A DNA stretch of 64,000 bases, from the NCBI GenBank assembly GCA_023920165.1, contig CP089274.1:1240001-1304000 (forward strand). The letters are read 5' to 3'. Below, one piece after another: positions 60,168 through 64,000 of the stretch. A program made the position numbers and the translations under genes. Every line of letters starts with the position of its first letter. Position 1 is the stretch's first letter. Source of the stretch: Curvularia clavata. Taxonomy: Eukaryota. A model generated the notes under the pieces. It saw only the letters and a program-made list of their open reading frames with translations. It ran no database searches and was not told where the DNA came from.

Positions 60168-61092
60168 ATGGCCAATCTCAGGTTCGCCGTGAGCATGCAG
60201 CGTACGTTTAGCCTACTACCATTGGAAAAAGAGACCAGAACTAACATTCACCAGGGTTAATACCGTTTCTTGGCTTTCACCATGTTCTCATGATTCTCAT
60301 CGCAATTGCCATAATATTGCTCTGTACGTCAAAATCAGAATCCACGCAAGAAAAAAGAGGGTCACAGCTAACAGATGCGCAGCATTGCTCCTCGCTGGAT
60401 GCTCATCCACGTCCCCGCTCATCCCCGGCATCTTCCTCATCTCTATGTGGTATGAACACTTCACCCCGACCTACGCCCCTGAACAAGTCGATCCTGGTGT
60501 TACCGCTGCTATTGCAAACATTGTCGGCAACGCACAGCTCGGTGTCCGTGTCGGCTACTTCGGCATTTGCATCAACCGCGACGGCGGTGGCTTCATCTGC
60601 TCCAACAACGCCACTGCGCTCGTGGACAACGTGTCCGTTGATCAGGACCCGCTCAATCTTGTCTGGGTGGCTGCTACCTTCAAGGATGCCGTCGTGTTCC
60701 CCTACCTGCTCATTGTTGCCATCATCCTCGCCTTCTTCACCTTCATCCTGCTCGCCACTTTCCCCGGATGGCACGAGGAGCGAGACGAGCGAACTGGGTC
60801 CGACGTCGACGTCAAGCCTTTCCCATCCAGGCCCGTCTCGCAGGTTGCTCTCGCCCTCATCTTCATTGCCTCCATCTTCGTCTTGGTCTCTGTCTTATGG
60901 CAACACACCGCCTCCGTCGCAGCTGCAACAATCGTGCAAGATCTCGGAAACGGTAGCGTCAAGTCCGGTGTCGGAACATCTGCCATGGTCCTGGGTTGGT
61001 TCGGTTTTGTGCTGCTCATTATAGTAACCATTGGGTTGCTTGTCATGATTCTCAGCATCATTGTCCTTGACCGCCTCACCGACAATGACTAA
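60168..61092 (+). CDS. FIG1: Fig1-family claudin-like membrane protein (Ca2+ influx/cell fusion)
   Basis: LLLAGCS, VRVGYFGIC..C (claudin motif), DPLNL, KPFPSRPVSQ and VLWQHTASVAA; four TMs and two short 5' introns. Confidence 0.9.
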
Positions 61093-61600
61093 GCAGGTCA
61101 ACGACGCTGCGACTAATTTCAGAGACTAATTTAAGAGAGAGGAGCATTTTGGTGGCGCAATTCTGTAATTTGATGCCGACCCCGGCTCGGTCTTCCATTC
61201 TTCTGCTCAGTTACATACCCTTTTTTTAGCGACGCAAGAGCAGCTTACTGCTCACGACGTTGTGTTTTGTGGCATACCCGGCGTTGAGAATGCGTTCATG
61301 TTTTGCTTTATTTGTTGGTCTTTTTGCATCTGATCGATTTGATCTACGACGGCGAGCTTCAAGACTCACTGAGAAATGTTAGACGAAATAGGAGGAATGA
61401 TTGAAACCAAAATGGACGTTTGAGATGGATTGTACGTAGTAAACGAAAGAATGAGAATTGGACATGTCAAATCAGGAAACCTTTTGCCCCATGATGCATC
61501 GTGTGTCTCGGAAGGGATAAACACTACAGAGCCTGCATTGTTAGTAATGTTCGACTATTGCATAATTGCACTCTCCCCTTGCAGCGTTGAACGCTTCCAT

Positions 61601-61740
61601 AATTGGTGAAACCGGGAAATAGCGGCCTACTTAGTTTAAAAGTAACTAGCTGTAGTTGTTATAGTTATTCACTCTTTACTGTAGCACTTGCAGGCTCTAC
61701 TTTTAGAAATAGTTGTAGCCGCCATACCGGTTTACTATTT
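61601..61740. repeat. Degenerate inverted repeat (foldback/MITE relic)
   Basis: ~60-bp arms around a ~12-nt loop (e.g. AAACCGG/CCGGTTT, TAAAAGTA/TACTTTTA, TGTTATAGT/ACTGTAGCA); many mismatches are C>T/G>A. Confidence 0.55.
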
Positions 61741-62265
61741 ACCGCGCTGACGGCGTAGGAGTGCTCGTTTTGATCTTCCGATTTTACTGGGTGTAGGAGG
61801 GCTAAGTTTTGACTTGAGTGTCTCCTGTGATGTGCATCCGGGGTATTTTCGCACGCCGGGAGGGGCAAAACGCGGGGAAAAGCGTACACACGCAGAACCC
61901 TACCCCGACGTAGCTTTCTCGACCCCAAAACGGAAGAGCTTATATGTGCATCGCGGATTCGACGCACTGTCAATGAAGCAATGAAGAGGAATTTTTCTTT
62001 CAACTCTACTGTCCACAATATCTGCCCGAGTCGCTCCGACAACCGGCTGCACAGGTGCAGTTCTGGTTGGCGCCATGCCTAAACAGGCCTAGAGTGCCAT
62101 TTCGCGTTCAGAAAAATTGGTGGGGTGTGTATGGATGGGGACATGAGGTGCTCGCTCTGACTACTTTAAAACTTCCGCAAAGTCTATTTATCCTCTCCCA
62201 CCCTTCCACCCCTTTGCTTTCTCTTCATCTTTCCCTCTTTGTTTCTTCTCGTCCTACCACACATC

Positions 62266-63842
62266 ATGTCTAACTACGCGCTTCCAAAGTCCCACCAGGA
62301 CGTATGTCACCCCTCATTTCGCAAAACTATGCATTTGGTGCTAACACGCCACAGCTCATGGAGAAGTCTCTGGTGGAAACTGACCAGGAGATCGCCCAGA
62401 TCATGGTAAGGACAGTCGTTTACTACGTTCCAAACATTCCATTGACAATTGCCACAGGAGAAGGAAATCCAGCGTCAGCGTGAATCCATCCTCCTGATCG
62501 CCTCCGAGAACGTTACCTCCCGCGCCGTTTTCGATGCGCTCGGCTCGCCCATGTCCAACAAGTACTCTGAGGGTTACCCCGGTGCCCGATACTACGGTGG
62601 TAACGAGCACATCGACTCAGTCGAGCTGCTCTGCCAGAAGCGTGCCCTCGAGACCTTCCGTCTGGACCCTGAGAAGTGGGGTGTCAACGTCCAGTGCTTG
62701 AGTGGTAGCCCAGCAAACCTGCAGGCTTACCAGGCCATCATGAGGCCACACGACAGACTCATGGGTCTTGACCTGCCCCACGGCGGACACTTGAGCCACG
62801 GCTACCAAACACCACAAAGGAAGTACGTACTTAGGATCACCTTTATGTGTGGCGAGCGAAGAAACTAACTGCATGCAGGATCTCCGCTGTTTCCACATAC
62901 TTCGAGACCTTCCCTTACCGTGTAAACCTTGAGACTGGCCTCATCGACTACGACCAGCTTGAGCAAAACGCCCTCATGTACCGCCCCAAGGTCCTTGTCG
63001 CCGGTACCTCTGCATACTGCCGTGAGATTGACTATGCTCGTATGCGTGAGATTGCCGACAAGGTTGGCTGCTACCTCCTCATGGACATGGCCCACATCTC
63101 TGGTCTTGTTGCTGCTGGCGTCAACAAGTCGCCTTTCGAGTACTGCGACATTGTCACAACCACCACCCACAAGTCTCTCCGTGGACCTCGTGGTGCCATG
63201 ATCTTCTTCCGCAAGGGTGTCCGCAAGACTGACCCCAAGACTGGCAAGGAGACTCTGTACGACCTCGAGGGTCCCATCAACTTCTCCGTTTTCCCTGGTC
63301 ACCAAGGTGGCCCCCACAACCACACCATCACCGCGCTCGCTGTTGCGCTTAAGCAAGCCCAATCTGAGGACTTCAAGTTGTACCAGCAACAGGTTATCAA
63401 GAACGCCAAGGCGCTCGAGGTTGCCTTCAAGTCCATGGGCTACAAGCTCGTAACTGACGGCACCGACAACCACATGGTCCTTCTTGACCTGAAGCCCCTC
63501 GCTCTCGACGGTGCCCGTGTTGAGGCTGTTCTTGAGCAGGTCAACATTGCCTGCAACAAGAACACCACTCCTGGAGACAAGTCGGCTCTCACCCCCATGG
63601 GTATCCGTATTGGAGCCCCCGCCATGACCTCGCGTGGTCTTGGTGAGGAGGACTTCAAGAAGATCGCCAACTACATTGACACTTGCATCAAGCTGTGCAA
63701 GAAGATCCAGAGCGAGCTTCCCACCGAGGCCAACAAGCTCAAGGACTTCAAGAGCAAGGTCGCTTCTGGCCAGGTTCAGGAGATCAATGATCTGAAGAAG
63801 GAGATCGCCGCTTGGGCCGTCACCTTCCCTCTTCCCGTCTAA
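62266..63842 (+). CDS. SHM2: Cytosolic serine hydroxymethyltransferase
   Basis: [34 protein letters not shown] and [11 protein letters not shown]; no presequence. Introns at 62302-62354, 62406-62457 and 62823-62878. Confidence 0.97.
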
Positions 63843-64000
63843 GGGCTGAGTGGTGTTAAAAAAATTTCAACCATGTGGCGTAAGACGGCGTTTTTTTTCT
63901 GGTATATATGGGTAAAGGTGTTTCAACAAAAAGAATCTGCATGGGAGTGTTCAACAGCTCGTACGATATTTAGGATTGATGATGAATATGATAGGATGTT

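Noticed and set aside
1..64000. CRISPR arrays, intact transposases, secondary-metabolite cluster, TGA-CTA readthrough to cryptic PTS1
   Set aside because: I saw no spaced direct repeats, transposase or PKS/NRPS ORFs. The stop codons I inspected lack the TGA-CTA context.

Overview
Gene-dense eukaryotic DNA with short GT-AG introns and CTRAC branch points, from a filamentous ascomycete (probably a Dothideomycete/Pleosporales; taxon is inferred). It holds about 25 protein genes, mostly housekeeping: VPS41 (runs off the left edge), RMD1/RMND1-like, complex I NDUFA9, RPN9, GAA1, rhomboid RBD2, an SDR, VPS71, a carboxylesterase, TGS1, GRH1, two uncharacterised proteins, an MBL-fold protein, MSS4, RPT3, SWI1/ARID, TAF1, SMC4, a stand-alone NIF3/YqfO PII-like protein, a PLP decarboxylase, SGS1/RecQ, HSP12, FIG1 and SHM2. 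There is also an intron-containing elongator tRNA-Met. The most interesting unexplained signal is the ~1.7 kb interval at ~21730-23440, which has no credible ORF. It folds on the + strand into two adjacent domains closed by long-range nested helices, contains a telomere-complementary CCTAACCC and a P6.1-like hairpin, and ends just before a GTAAGT splice donor. This makes it a candidate telomerase RNA or another large structured ncRNA, although I could not find the triple-helix pseudoknot. Other findings: a 255-bp RIP-scarred hAT-like MITE with an 8-bp TSD, a degenerate foldback upstream of SHM2, a three-hairpin intron in the rhomboid gene and a possible nested intron in GRH1. All pairings and exon boundaries were derived by eye; no searches or folding programs were run.
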